DNA of 64,000 nucleotides from Rhynchopus sp. YZ270_cl-10 (GCA_964035575.1 OZ037836.1:806001-870000); one strand, 5' to 3'; counted from the first letter of the stretch, positions 9,955-21,663 are shown. Numbers and translations are program-made. The notes: generated by a model not told the origin, from the sequence alone.

Positions 9955-12007
9955 GGGTCCGTCCGGAAACCCCTCTGGTAAGATTCATCCTTTTGGGGGT
10001 TTTTGAGGTTTTTCGGCTCAAAACACCCAAATAACCCAATTTTTTGATACCCACCATACACCTACCACCCCAGAGGGCATATTTTGGGTATTTACTTTTG
10101 TTTATTTCCCCTCCCCCCTTTTTACTTTTATTTTTTTACGTATTTTTGGACATTTCATAAACATGGCAATGGCAGCAATTAAAGACCTCAATGATAAACT
10201 CAAGCTCTTACCCTCACAAAAGGCATATCATGAACGTGCGCCCAATTCTGGATCACGCCTCACCGTTTTGAGCGCTGCGAAGGAGTTCTTGCGTGTGTTT
10301 GGCGGAGATGCGGAGGGGAGTGTGGCGCTTGTGGCAGCAGCGATCGGCAAAGGGGTACTTCTGCAGCACCTCATCCCTACGCATGTAGCCCGCGTCAACG
10401 CAAGCACTGACGAGGCACGGCGTGCCGTGGTGCATGCCCTGAAGGAGGACGGCTTTAGTAGAAGCATGATACAACGCTCAGGCTTGATTTGTGGTGAGAG
10501 CATCTTCCAAAAATGTGAGTCGAAAGGGGTAGGGGGGCGCCCCACTGTGCTGACGCCCGAAAAGAAGGCGGAAATCGCGGAGGTGGTGGAGAAGCACTCA
10601 GAGTCACTCTCCCGCAAGAGCGCCTCGGGGAGCAAACGGCGGGGCCACGCCGTCTACCTCAGGACTCTCGAGATGCGCAAAACATCATTGTTTAAGCGTA
10701 TCAGCGGCGTTGGGCGCAGTGTGTTTTTCAACCACATGCGCAGGAACCACCCTGAGGCACAGTTCCGGCGCAGGAAGACCGACATGTGCGAGTACTGCGT
10801 CAGCGAGGGGGGAGTGAGAAGGAGCCTAAAGAACCTATTCCAGGCTCGCAACCTGAACATTGCCTTCAGTGCTCCAGCTGAGGACTTCGAGTCTCACCTC
10901 GCATCCGCCCATCGCCTGCCGAAAACGTGGCGCGAAGATGTTCGGGAAAAGATCCAGGAGTTGAAGGACATCGCAATTCACCAGGAGCGGGCTCGGCGTC
11001 AGAGGGCTGTCTACAACAACGTGGTGAAGGAGCCCCCGGCAGACAGCATAGTCATTGACATTGACTTTAAACAAAAAGGTCATTTGCCAATGAAGCCTGT
11101 TGAGTGTTCAGGTGATTTTTACGCTCGCTCAGCATATTCTCATTTGGGGGTAGGTTTGTATTGGGTAGAGAATGGCAAACGTGTGCATAAACACATAGAT
11201 TACGTCCTTCCCAGTATTACCCAAGATGCCTATACTGTTGTGAAGTGCCTCGAACACCTTTTTTCCCAAGATTTCATGCCACAATTTACTAAGATTCAGT
11301 TCTGGGCTGATGTTGGTCGCCATTTCCAGAACATGGAATTGGGCCATTATATTTTGATTAAACTTGCAAAAAAAAAGAAAGCAGATGTCAGTGTTCACTT
11401 TTTTGCCGAGAAACACGGTAAGAATGGGCGCGACGTACACTTCGGTGTCGTTTCGAACCATCTCTCCTATGTTTCTTGTTGTCGGGAGATACTTACCGTA
11501 GAGGACATTGTCGATGCCCTGCAAGAGCTTCCCCACACAGAGGCCTTTGTTATTTTATTCCCTCGTACTCAGACATATCAGTGCAACGTTCTTTCCATCA
11601 ATCTCTTTTGTTCTGTGTACTGCTACTCGAGCAACGGTCGTGTCATTTCAGCTAGTGTGTACTCTGACACGGAGGGAAGCGGTATTAAATATAGAGTCAC
11701 CACATCCAAGGTGACCCGCAAAGTAAAAGTCCCTGCCATTGCCACAGTAGATTTGACAGAGGCCAATGAAACCTTGTCAAGGCGGCATGACAGGATTAAG
11801 AGAAAGGGAGAAGAAATCGAGAAAAACAACAATAAAAGGCAGAAAATCGGATAAAAAGTGAAAATATAGCCTCAGACCCCCCCCCCCCCCAAACCTATTT
11901 TTATATCAGAATATCACTTAGATGCACTTTTTGTGGGGGACATCATGAAAAAAACCCAAAAATACCCAAAAGGATGAATCTTACCAGAGGGGTTTCCGGA
12001 CGAGTCC
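9955..12007 (+). mobile_element. Autonomous DNA transposon, Sola-like, with ~40-bp TIRs
   Basis: GGGTCCGTCCGGAAACCCCTCTGGTAAGATTCATCCTTTTGGG at the left and its reverse complement ending 12007. AT-rich flanks (ATA). Encloses a single 563-aa ORF. Confidence 0.85.
10163..11854 (+). CDS. DDD-type transposase (Sola-like)
   Basis: Motifs GGRPT (HTH linker), KTDMCEYC, IDIDFKQK, WADVGRHFQN, FAEKHGKNGRDVHFG; basic NLS-like C-terminus. Superfamily assigned from motif recall only. Confidence 0.75.
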   Translation: MAMAAIKDLNDKLKLLPSQKAYHERAPNSGSRLTVLSAAKEFLRVFGGDAEGSVALVAAAIGKGVLLQHLIPTHVARVNASTDEARRAVVHALKEDGFSRSMIQRSGLICGESIFQKCESKGVGGRPTVLTPEKKAEIAEVVEKHSESLSRKSASGSKRRGHAVYLRTLEMRKTSLFKRISGVGRSVFFNHMRRNHPEAQFRRRKTDMCEYCVSEGGVRRSLKNLFQARNLNIAFSAPAEDFESHLASAHRLPKTWREDVREKIQELKDIAIHQERARRQRAVYNNVVKEPPADSIVIDIDFKQKGHLPMKPVECSGDFYARSAYSHLGVGLYWVENGKRVHKHIDYVLPSITQDAYTVVKCLEHLFSQDFMPQFTKIQFWADVGRHFQNMELGHYILIKLAKKKKADVSVHFFAEKHGKNGRDVHFGVVSNHLSYVSCCREILTVEDIVDALQELPHTEAFVILFPRTQTYQCNVLSINLFCSVYCYSSNGRVISASVYSDTEGSGIKYRVTTSKVTRKVKVPAIATVDLTEANETLSRRHDRIKRKGEEIEKNNNKRQKIG

Positions 12008-12204
12008 ATATACTTTCCCTTTTTACGTTGTCCCCACACAATGGTCACAGCCTCAGCCAACAGTTTATATTACCCCAAAACGCACAGAAATGGATGTCCA
12101 AGGGAAAAACCCTTTCCTTGAAGTACAGAAATGAGGTGAGTGCACAATAAAGGGGGAGGAGAATAAAATCGTAACGTACACATTTTATTTTTCCTTCCTT
12201 CGAA

Positions 12205-12320
12205 ACTTCACACACAACGCTTTTGGTTTTTGGAAGACATCCAAGGTGCCAGGTTCTATGATATGCACGGAACCACCCTGCACCTGTTTGTCATATATAT
12301 TGTTTCCCGTGCAATACATG
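12205..12320. repeat. Interspersed repeat; copies at ~30437 and ~49815
   Basis: Shared ggttctatgatatgcacggaaccaccctgc core. Confidence 0.8.
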
Positions 12321-12819
12321 AGGAAACGTTTCGCTGTCGAAACTAGGGAAAGCTTTTTGATAAAAATTAGCGAGATACAAAAACCAGCGCGTGTGGAAGA
12401 AAAAATGAGAGGAAGATATTTTTTCTGATTCAAAGTGGTGTTTACGTTTTGGGTACGGGGCGGAGAATAAAATCTGTTCGATAAAAGAAACGCGAGCTTA
12501 TTGTTTTATCTTGTTCACATTGTTGGTTCTAAAAATGTGGGGTAAAAAAATCACGAAACAGACCTTGCACCTTTTGCATGACAAATACAGCAAACACTTC
12601 TCGTAATTGTTCAAGATTGAATTGAGAGAAAGAAGAACCCCAAACCCTCCCAGACCAAACGGTCTAACATGTTGCATTGGTATAGTGTGGGGGTGAAGTG
12701 AGGTGCACGAGAATCGTCTTCGCGTGAACAAAAATGTGCCTAACAAATGCACACAAGTGACATCTCCCCGAAAAACAATAAAACGTTACATCATGTACCT
12801 CTCGAAAGATGCACATGCC

Positions 12820-14721
12820 TCACATGCACACACATTTGCACTTAGTATCCTCCACGAGTCTACCGCTATCGCCATGCACATAGTCTGACACAACACTGCT
12901 CGATCCGGTGACGTTGATGCTGCTTGTGGGTATGTTGCATCCTTTTAGGAAGCCTGTCCCAATGTGCTGAACAGTAGTCAACCCAGATAAATCAAGTGTT
13001 TGCAATGTGTTGCAGTTGCGCAGGAAGTCGCTCCCTATTAGCCTCACATTGCTCCACCCAGAAATATCCAGTGTGGTCAATGAGGTGCAGTTGAAGAGAA
13101 AGTAGTAATTAACCTGCGTCACATTGTTCCACCCAGACAAGTCAAGGTTTTGCAATGCGGTGCAGTCGGAGAGAAAATAGTCCCCTATTTGCGTCACATT
13201 GCTCCACCCAGAAATATCCAGTGTGGTCAATGAAGTGCAGTTGGCGAGGAAGTACCCACCGACCCGCATCACATTGTTCCACCCAGACAAGTCAAGGGTT
13301 CGCAATGCGGTGCAGCAGGAGAGAAAGTAGTCCCCCATTTGCGCCACATTGTCCCACCCAGAGAAGTCGAGAGTTCGCAATGCAATGCAGTTGTACAGAA
13401 AGCAGTACCCTATTTGCGTCACATTGTTCCACCCAGACAAGTCAAGGCTTTGCAATGCGAGGCATTTGGAGAGGAAACTGTTCCCAACCTGCCTCACATT
13501 GCTCCACCCAGAAATATCCAGTGTGGTCAATGAAGTGCAGTTGGAGAGACAAAACTCAAGGAGAGTCACATTGCTCCACCCAGACAAATCAGCAGTGTGC
13601 AATGAGGTGCAGTCCCAGAGTAGGTGCTTATTAACCCGCGTCACATTGCTCCACCCAGACAGGTCAAGGTTTTGCAATGCGGTGCAGGAGGAGAGAAAAG
13701 ACATTCCCATCTGCCTCACATTGCTCCACCCAGAAATATCCAGTGTGGTCAATGAGGTGCAGCTGGCGAGGAAGTAGTCCCCTATTTCCGCCACATTCCA
13801 CCCAGAAATATCCAGTGTGGCCAATGAAGTGCAGCTGGCGAGGAAGTAGTCCCCTATGTGCGCCACATTGTTCCACCCAGGCAAGTCAAGGGTTCGCAAT
13901 GCGGTGCAGGCGCAGAGGAAGTACTTCCCTATTTGCGTCACATTGTTCCACCCAGAAATATCCAGTGTGGTCAATGAACTGCAGTTGGCGAGGAAGCCGT
14001 TATCAATCTGCCTCACATTGTTCCACCCAGAAATATCCAGTGTGGTTAATGATTTGCAGTTGGAGAGAAAGTACTCATCAACCCGCGTCATATTCGTCCA
14101 CCCAGACAAGTCAAGGGTTTGCAATGCTGTGCATTTGGAGAGAAAAGAACTTCCCACCTGCGTCACATTGTTCCACCCAGAAATATCCAGTGTGGTCAAT
14201 GAGGTGCAGTTGGCGAGGAAGTACTGCTGAAGGAGTGTCACATTGCTCCACCCAGATAAATCAGCAGTGTGCAATGAGGTGCAGTTTTGGGCGAAACGGC
14301 TTCCTACGTGAGTCACACCTGGCACACCACTGAGATCAAGCTCTTCGAACTTGCCACGTGACAAGAAGTAACGGGGGATCTCAGTAACAACCTCCGCCTG
14401 CAGAAACAAATGAATCAGCTTGGGATCTGCAAGAATTCTGAACCTCTCTGACGTCAGCCTTGTCTCACCCAAGTCACGAAGAGCTGCAATGGCGTCATCC
14501 TTCTGCGACTTCGTCTTCGTCAGCACAACTGTGTCCCCAGCACTCAGCTGCGTGATGTAGTCTCCTTCGGCCAGCAGCTTCCCTCCGAAGCTCATGTCAA
14601 AGCCGTCTTCGCACAACTCTGCTGCAGACGCCACCTTCCGCCGTATGTCCGCAGTTGTATCATCCACACCCACCTCGACTGTGTACTTCTCTCCGTCAAA
14701 GCTCTTCACACATATTTCCAT
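12820..14721 (-). CDS. Ubiquitin-like + long BspA-type LRR protein (~18 repeats of ~26 aa) with a C-terminal CaaX motif, copy B
   Basis: N-terminal Ubl (MEICVKSFDGEKYTVEV...RRKVA...LSAGDTVVL). Repeats LxxCTSLTTLDISGWxNVxxIGxxF. Ends KCKCVCM. Confidence 0.9.
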   Translation of the reverse strand: MEICVKSFDGEKYTVEVGVDDTTADIRRKVASAAELCEDGFDMSFGGKLLAEGDYITQLSAGDTVVLTKTKSQKDDAIAALRDLGETRLTSERFRILADPKLIHLFLQAEVVTEIPRYFLSRGKFEELDLSGVPGVTHVGSRFAQNCTSLHTADLSGWSNVTLLQQYFLANCTSLTTLDISGWNNVTQVGSSFLSKCTALQTLDLSGWTNMTRVDEYFLSNCKSLTTLDISGWNNVRQIDNGFLANCSSLTTLDISGWNNVTQIGKYFLCACTALRTLDLPGWNNVAHIGDYFLASCTSLATLDISGWNVAEIGDYFLASCTSLTTLDISGWSNVRQMGMSFLSSCTALQNLDLSGWSNVTRVNKHLLWDCTSLHTADLSGWSNVTLLEFCLSNCTSLTTLDISGWSNVRQVGNSFLSKCLALQSLDLSGWNNVTQIGYCFLYNCIALRTLDFSGWDNVAQMGDYFLSCCTALRTLDLSGWNNVMRVGGYFLANCTSLTTLDISGWSNVTQIGDYFLSDCTALQNLDLSGWNNVTQVNYYFLFNCTSLTTLDISGWSNVRLIGSDFLRNCNTLQTLDLSGLTTVQHIGTGFLKGCNIPTSSINVTGSSSVVSDYVHGDSGRLVEDTKCKCVCM

Positions 14722-15483
14722 GGTTTTGTGTCTCTCTGTTTTTATTCAGGTGATTTCAATTGGGGGTAAGAGTACGCAAGAGACAACAAACAGTGACAAG
14801 GGGAGAGGTCTTTTGTTTTGTTTTTGAAAGCTTCGTTGTATTAGTGTGGACACCCGAGGATGTGCAAAGTGTTGCACTTAGCCACCATCCTTTTGTTCAC
14901 TTGCCCTGCTGAGGCAGAGTGGCTGTTCTTCAGTTTTGTATTTTTTCCATGACTTTTCGGTTTTGTACACAACACACGAAGCGGTACGCGCACGGTTGTT
15001 AGGAAATAATACAGACCGAAATGTTTGGGCGGCTTCGGTTCGAATGATTGGAATTGCGTGTGAAACTCAGACATAAATACTGGCTCTTCTATCTTGTTCT
15101 TTTACTCATTGTTTTCCTTTCATTGCCCTTTGCTTGTGCTCCCCGACTCCAATTCAATCAACACTTACAGAGGGGGGCTAAAAAGTTATTAGCGTTTTTC
15201 AAAAAAAAAAAAAAAAAAAAGGGGGGAAATAGATGTTTGGCGTTATTGTTGTTACTGTGGTTAATTGTTTCTGTAATGCATTTGAACCTACTGCTCGCGA
15301 ATCATGTTCTGCTTTTTTGAAGACTCATAGTACCCTAGGACCGGCTTTATACACAGTACCGTCGAGGGACGTACTGTTGTCAACTATTCTACACTCTTTT
15401 TGTTCGTACTGATGGGGATACTGTCTTTCATACAGCAAACACGCCCAGCATTTGGATTCATGTTTATGCATGTGGCCCGCCGT

Positions 15484-15700
15484 CCTCACTCTTCGTCTTC
15501 CGACCTCAGCAGCTTCGGCGCAGGTTGTGTTATCGAATTTTGAGGGTTGTGACCCTTCTCCCTCACTCTTTGTCTTCCGACCTCAGCAGCTTCGGCGCAG
15601 GTTGTGTTATCGAATTTTGAGGGTTGTGACCCTTCTCCCTCACTCTTTGTCTTCCGACCTCAGCAGCTTCGGCGCAGGTTGTGTTATCGAATTTTGAGGG
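15484..15700. repeat. 77-bp tandem repeat, ~2.8 copies
   Basis: cctcactctt recurs at 15484, 15561 and 15638. Confidence 0.9.
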
Positions 15701-16207
15701 AGAAAGCTACAGTTGTTGAATTGAATTGGAGAAGGGGATGCGTCCAATGAAAATCACGTCGTTTAGAAGAGCTCAAGAATGTAGGTTTTATTATTTTCTC
15801 TATCATCTGCGATATGACGCGCAAACACGACGTTTTGAATTTAATTGACAGACCGATACTGAATCACAAAATTACTGTGTCATAAGTGGGAGATTTTGGG
15901 GTGTGCAGACCGCAAAAGCAAGTCAAAAGTGCAAGTAACGGTAAAAAAACGGCATTTTTGCCCAATTTCACCCCAATTACAGCCCACCGGACATCCGGAA
16001 AAAACGATACATTTTTTGTGATTTTTTGTATGTTTTGGTAGCCCCTCACTACCTCGAATCCATTTTGGCCTGAAACAAAGACCCCAAATCACCCCAAATA
16101 GAAACAAAACAAAAAGAAACAAAACTTGAAAAATGAATGTGCCTCCCGCGCACACACACACAACGCACCCAGAATGCGATCACCAAGGCTGAGGGTGCGA
16201 TTCTCAA

Positions 16208-17035
16208 TTAGGTTGCCGACCGCTCGGGAGATTCGTCTCTGCTTCGTTTCGGACGTGCTTCAACCACAAGCTTACTCAGCTTGCCGTTCCTCACTTCGTT
16301 GGACACAACACTGCTGCAGCCGGAAAGGTAAATGCTCGTCAACGAAGTACAGCGCGCAGCAAATTGCGTAGTGATAGTAGAAGTAAAAGGATGCAAACCA
16401 AACGACATCACATTCCTGAGTGGTGATAAATCCAGCGTTGTTAAGCTCGTGCAGGCGCCAAGAAAGCTCGCACCAACTTGCGTCACATTGCTGAATGCTG
16501 ATAAATCGATGGTGGTTAAGCTCTTGCAGCCCCAAAGAAAGCCGCTACCAATGTGCGTCACATTGCTCAACCCAGAGAGGTTGATACTTCTCAACGAGGT
16601 GCAGTCTGCCAGGAAGTTGGGTCCAATGTGAGTCACAATGGACTCAGCACTGAGATCAAGTCTCGTCAACGAAGAGCTTGACAAGAAGCAATTCGGAATG
16701 ACAGTCGCAACCTCCGCCTGCAGAAGCAAACACGCCACCCCAGGATCCCTCACCCTCTGCAACTTCTCGGCTGTGATGTTGGTCACACCCAACGCATGAA
16801 GCTCTGCAATGGCTTCTTGTTTCTGCGTTTTCGTGAGGATGATTGTGTCACCAGCACTCAGCCGCATCATGTCCGCTCCTTCTCCCATCGCTTCGTCTCC
16901 GAAACTCATGCAAAAGCCGTCTTCAGGCAACCCCATTGCAGACGCCACCTTCCGCCGCAAGCCCTCCACTGTGTCATCTTCACCCACCTCGACTGTGTGC
17001 TGATTCGCTCTGAAATCTTCGAAGTGCACGTCCAT
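16208..17035 (-). CDS. Ubiquitin-like + short LRR protein, copy C
   Basis: Intact ORF from the MDVHFEDF ATG at 17035. About 4 LRRs; basic tail RPKRSRDESP. Confidence 0.85.
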   Translation of the reverse strand: MDVHFEDFRANQHTVEVGEDDTVEGLRRKVASAMGLPEDGFCMSFGDEAMGEGADMMRLSAGDTIILTKTQKQEAIAELHALGVTNITAEKLQRVRDPGVACLLLQAEVATVIPNCFLSSSSLTRLDLSAESIVTHIGPNFLADCTSLRSINLSGLSNVTHIGSGFLWGCKSLTTIDLSAFSNVTQVGASFLGACTSLTTLDLSPLRNVMSFGLHPFTSTITTQFAARCTSLTSIYLSGCSSVVSNEVRNGKLSKLVVEARPKRSRDESPERSAT

Positions 17036-17870
17036 TTGTTTGTTGTGGTTTTGTGTTCTGATCTCTGTGTGTGGTGGTGGGGTGTGGAGGACAACAAGCC
17101 TGCAGTCCTTTTCAATGAAGGGTTGAAGGGGAGGGGTTCTTTGAGTGGTCAGCAAAGTGTGAAGAAATAAAGTGGCTTTGAATGGGTGAAGCAAGACAGG
17201 CAAGTTGCCGGCTGCGTGGAGATCACACACGACACGCCTATTCACGTCACGATGAGGCTGGCCGAACGGTTAGGTTGCGATGCCACAGTGATCCGGGTAC
17301 TGCGAAGTGCATACAACCTACCGTTGCAGAAGCATTGCTGCAACGGCTCCGTCGGGGAAGCCTTCATCAGCAGGTAGCACCGCACAGGATGAAGATATAT
17401 AAACGTACCTCGCGTGTGGTGCTATTTAGCTGAGCAATGATGTAGCCCTTAGGCACCATTTCTTGCAGGTTCAAAAGGGGGAACGGTGCATGTGCATCCT
17501 CCATTCTCGCATTGGAACCGTGCAGGTGCAGCATCTGTGACCACAAACAGTACATAAGTGGAAATATTTTGGGTGTGGACCGCAAAAGCAAGTCAAAAGT
17601 GCAAGTAACGGTAAAAAACGACATTTTTTCCCAATTTCACCCCAAGTACAGCCCACCGGACATCCGGAAAAACGATACATTTTTTATCAATTTTTGTGTG
17701 TTTTGGTAGCCCCTCACTACCTCGAATCCATTCTGTCCTGAAACAAAGACCCCAAATCACCCCAAATAGAAACAAAACAAAAAGAAACAAAACTTATAAG
17801 ATGAATGTGCCTCCGTGCACACACAACGCACCCAGAATGCGATCACCAAGGCTGAGGGTGCGATCCTCAA

Positions 17871-18692
17871 TTAGGTTTCCGACCGCTCGGGGGATTCGTC
17901 TCTGCTTCGTTTCGGACGTGCTTCAACCACAAGCTTACTCAGCTCGCCGTTCCTCACTTCGTTGGACACAACACTGCTGCAGCCGGAAAGGTAAATGCTC
18001 GTCAACGAAGTGCAGCCCTCAGCAAATTGCGTAGTATGAGTGAAAGGATTCAAATCAATCGACGTCACATTGCTGAGTGGTGATAAATCCAGGGTGGTTA
18101 AGCTGCTGCAGGTCGCAAGGAAGCCCACACCAACCTGCGTCACATTGCTGAGTGCTGATAAATCGATGCTGGTTAAGCTCCTGCAGCCGGAAAGGAATCC
18201 CGCACCAACCTGCGTAACATTGCTCAACCCAGAGAGGTCGATACTTGCCAACGAGGTGCAGTAGTATAGGAAGCTGTGTCCAATGCGAGTCACAATGGAC
18301 TCAGCACTGAGATCAAGTCTCGTCAACGAAGTGTGTGACAAGAACCAATTCGGAATGACAGTCGCAACCTCCGCCTGCAGAAGCAAACACGCCACCCCAG
18401 GATCCTTCACACTCTCCAACTTCTCGGCTGTGATGTCTGTCACACCCAACGCATGAAGCTCTGCAATGGCTTCTTGTTTCTGCGTTTTCGTGAGGATGAT
18501 TGTGTCACCAGCACTCAGCTGCGTCATGTCCGCTCCTTCTCCCATCGCTTCGTCTCCGAAACTCATGCAAAAGCCGTCTTCAGGCAACCCCATTGCAGAC
18601 GCCACCTTCCGCCGCAAGCCCTCCACTGTGTCATCTTCACCCACCTCGACTGTGTGCTGATTCGTGTCGAAACCCTTGATGTTCAGGTCCAT
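17871..18692 (-). CDS. Ubiquitin-like + short LRR protein, copy D
   Basis: Intact ORF from the MDLNIKGF ATG at 18692. Tandem duplicate of copy C, including flanks. Confidence 0.85.
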   Translation of the reverse strand: MDLNIKGFDTNQHTVEVGEDDTVEGLRRKVASAMGLPEDGFCMSFGDEAMGEGADMTQLSAGDTIILTKTQKQEAIAELHALGVTDITAEKLESVKDPGVACLLLQAEVATVIPNWFLSHTSLTRLDLSAESIVTRIGHSFLYYCTSLASIDLSGLSNVTQVGAGFLSGCRSLTSIDLSALSNVTQVGVGFLATCSSLTTLDLSPLSNVTSIDLNPFTHTTQFAEGCTSLTSIYLSGCSSVVSNEVRNGELSKLVVEARPKRSRDESPERSET

Positions 18693-18983
18693 GTCTTTGT
18701 TGTGGTTTTGTGTTCTGATCTCTGTGTGTGGTGGTGGGGTGTGGAGGACAACAAGCCTGCAGTCCTTTTCAATGAAGGGTTGAAGGGGAGGCAGGCATGA
18801 GAATAAGGCCCGGACCCCGGACCCCGGACCCGGCCCCCCGGAACCCGACACCCCCCTACCCTACTCTTGCTCCCTTCCCACCCTCTAAGAACTTGTCCAT
18901 TTTGGAAAAGTGACCCCACCATTGGCCGCACGGATTCCGAAAATGCAAATGCCGGTGTTTTTTGGTATTTTCACTTTGCACTC

Positions 18984-20004
18984 TGCCCGGCACTTTGCCC
19001 GGCACCCTGCCCGGCACCCTGCCCGGCACCCTGCCCGGCACCCTGCCCGGCACCCTGCCCGGCACCCTGCCCGGCACCCTGCCCGGCACCCTGCCCGGCA
19101 CCCTGCCCGGCACCCTGCCCGGCACCCTGCCCGGCACCCTGCCCGGCACCTTGCCCGGCACCTTGCCCGGCACCTTGCCCGGCACCTTGCCCGACACCTT
19201 GCCCGGCACCTTGCCCGACACCTTGCCCGGCACCTTGCCCGGCACCTTGCCCGGCACCTTGCCCGGCACCTTGCCCGGCACCTTGCCCGGCACCTTGCCC
19301 GGCACCTTGCCCGACACCTTGCCCGGCACCTTGCCCGACACCTTGCCCGGCACCTTGCCCGGCACCTTGCCCGGCACCTTGCCCGGCACCTTGCCCGGCA
19401 CCTTGCCCGACACCTTGCCCGGCACCTTGCCCGACACCTTGCCCGGCACCTTGCCCGGCACCTTGCCCGGCACCTTGCCCGGCACCTTGCCCGGCACCTT
19501 GCCCGGCACCTTGCCCGGCACCTTGCCCGGCACCTTGCCCGGAACCTTGCCCGGCACCTTGCCCGGCACCTTGCCCGACACCTTGCCCGGCACCTTGCCC
19601 GGCACCTTGCCCGGCACCTTGCCCGGCACCTTGCCCGGCACCTTGCCCGGCACCTTGCCCGGCACCTTGCCCGGCACCTTGCCCGGCACCTTGCCCGGCA
19701 CCTTGCCCGGCACCTTGCCCGACACCTTGCCCGGCACCTTGCCCGACACCTTGCCCGGCACCTTGCCCGGCACCTTGCCCGGCACCTTGCCCGGCACCTT
19801 GCCCGGCACCTTGCCCGGCACCTTGCCCGGCACCTTGCCCGGCACCTTGCCCGGCACCTTGCCCGGAACCTTGCCCGGCACCTTGCCCGGCACCTTGCCC
19901 GACACCTTGCCCGGCACCTTGCCCGGCACCTTGCCCGGCACCTTGCCCGGCACCTTGCCCGGAACCTTGCCCGGAACCTTGCCCGGCACCTTGCCCGGCA
20001 CCCT
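18984..20004. repeat. 12-bp minisatellite (TGCCCGGCACCY)n, ~85 units
   Basis: Directly visible, with variant units GACACC and GAACC. Confidence 0.97.
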
Positions 20005-20634
20005 GTTAAACCCCGACACCCCCACCCATTCCCAGCACCAACACATCCACAACAGAAATTTTACTATGTTATCACCCCAGGCAGCTGTACATGACAGCCT
20101 GTCCGGCACCCCCGCTGTCAAGAGGGGGTCCCGAGAAAGCCCCATTTGTGAATCTTTACATAGATTAGAGTCAGCTTAGAGATCCCCTCACCCCACCCCA
20201 CACCCAACGTGTCGTTCAGCACTCCAAAAAACCGAGACCCCCTCACCCTCACCCCCACCCCCTCCCTAGTAAACTTGTTTAAGCAGCTCTGCTGCGTCTT
20301 GGGGGTCTCTCGATTATATATTTTAGGCTTCGCGTCCTGCATGTTTATTGTCCACTTGCATCTGCAAGGTTGGAAGAGGGTAACAGGGGAAACTCATTAA
20401 AAATCATTCACTCACTCATCAGGATTTTTTGTGTTTCCCCGGTCTCACCCTCCGTACGTTAACTTCGCATAGTGTTTGCCAAAAAATTAAAAGATTGGGG
20501 CGGTAGGGTTTTTTATTCGGATTTGCGTTTTTTGCTTGTTGCTCTTATATAGGGAAAGTCAAAACACACCACCTTCATCAGGAATTTTTCCACAAATTTG
20601 TTTCCCCGGTGTGTTTTCCTTCCCTCGTACGAAT

Positions 20635-21663
20635 ATGGACTTGACAGCTGAGTTTGAGGGGCGCAAGGCCTGTCACTTCAAGGTGAGTGAAGTGATGCGC
20701 GTATGTTGTGCGGGAGCGCCAGATGTGGTGAAGACGGCGCTGAAGGATTCCTTCTTGCCGGGGGACTACATCCTGGCAACCCTGGCAGGATTGGGGGGTG
20801 TGGTGACGGAGAGCGACCTGCGGCAATTGGTGATTGAGGTCACCAGGTCGAATGAGGCGGCGTGGGAGAAGACGAAGCCCCGCCGTCTCGCCCTCTTTCT
20901 GGCCACGGTGAGGAACGGCCTTGGGGACGTGACCTTTGCGCAGTTGCTGAGTGGCGAGGACGCGGCATCTTTCCCTTGCTCTGAGGACGTATCTTCTCCG
21001 AAGGCCTCTGTGGAGACAGAGGAGCAGGCAGTGGCGGCCGAGGCAGTGAAGAAACGTTTTGTGTTTGCGCCGGTGGTACGCGAGACTGATGGGCAGGACC
21101 GCATCGCCGCTTTCGAGGCCGCACAGGACTTCCCAGACGACCAACCGGACGACCGCAGCGACATCCGCAGTGACGACATGGGGCCCGACGCTGAAACCGT
21201 GGCACTCAATCCGACGCGTTGGCAAGAACTCGACAGGTTTGGCCAAACCGAACTGTTGGAGCAACTCGCAAAATACGTGCCTGATAAGGAAGGGGACACA
21301 CGGGACGCGGCACGCGGAACTCTGAACCTGATCCAGAAGATTCTGAAGGGGAAGAACATGGGGGACCTCCTCGTGATCCTCCTGGACGACCTGCTATGTG
21401 TGCACTACCGTTTCACGATGGGGCTGGAGGCGGCCAGGGCGTTCCGTTCCCGTACATCGATGGGCACTTCGACCACCCCCCAACGCCGTGCAGCGATGCT
21501 GGCAGCGACGGCAGCGAATGCGCGCTTTGCAGGCACGAAGAGACGCCACAGCACCACCTCCTCCAACAACTACAACGACAGGGGATCGAAGCGCACGAGG
21601 TTCGACCCATCGGCGACCTTCGGACGGAAAGGAGGCAAAGGGGGGAAGCCTTTTCGCCAGTAG
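20635..21663 (+). CDS. Gag-like protein
   Basis: First ORF of the element (ATG 20635); basic/Gly-rich C-terminus RKGGKGGKPFRQ. Confidence 0.7.
   Translation: MDLTAEFEGRKACHFKVSEVMRVCCAGAPDVVKTALKDSFLPGDYILATLAGLGGVVTESDLRQLVIEVTRSNEAAWEKTKPRRLALFLATVRNGLGDVTFAQLLSGEDAASFPCSEDVSSPKASVETEEQAVAAEAVKKRFVFAPVVRETDGQDRIAAFEAAQDFPDDQPDDRSDIRSDDMGPDAETVALNPTRWQELDRFGQTELLEQLAKYVPDKEGDTRDAARGTLNLIQKILKGKNMGDLLVILLDDLLCVHYRFTMGLEAARAFRSRTSMGTSTTPQRRAAMLAATAANARFAGTKRRHSTTSSNNYNDRGSKRTRFDPSATFGRKGGKGGKPFRQ

Noticed and set aside
13020..14290. CRISPR-like or DGR-like repeat/variable pattern
   Set aside because: Explained by LRR coding repeats. Variation is not adenine-specific by eye, and the RT present is DIRS-class.
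15484..15700. Possible CRISPR array
   Set aside because: Whole 77-bp units repeat with no unique spacers and no cas genes; eukaryotic context.
17036..17245. N-terminal extension MNRRVV... of the Ubl-LRR ORFs
   Set aside because: The Ubl domain starts at the later Met; the extension is disrupted in copies D and E and absent in B.
18856..20179. Long ORFs (GKVP)n, (PCPA)n, (ARHL)n, (PGTL)n
   Set aside because: By-products of a stop-free 12-bp satellite inside a TE; no evidence of coding.
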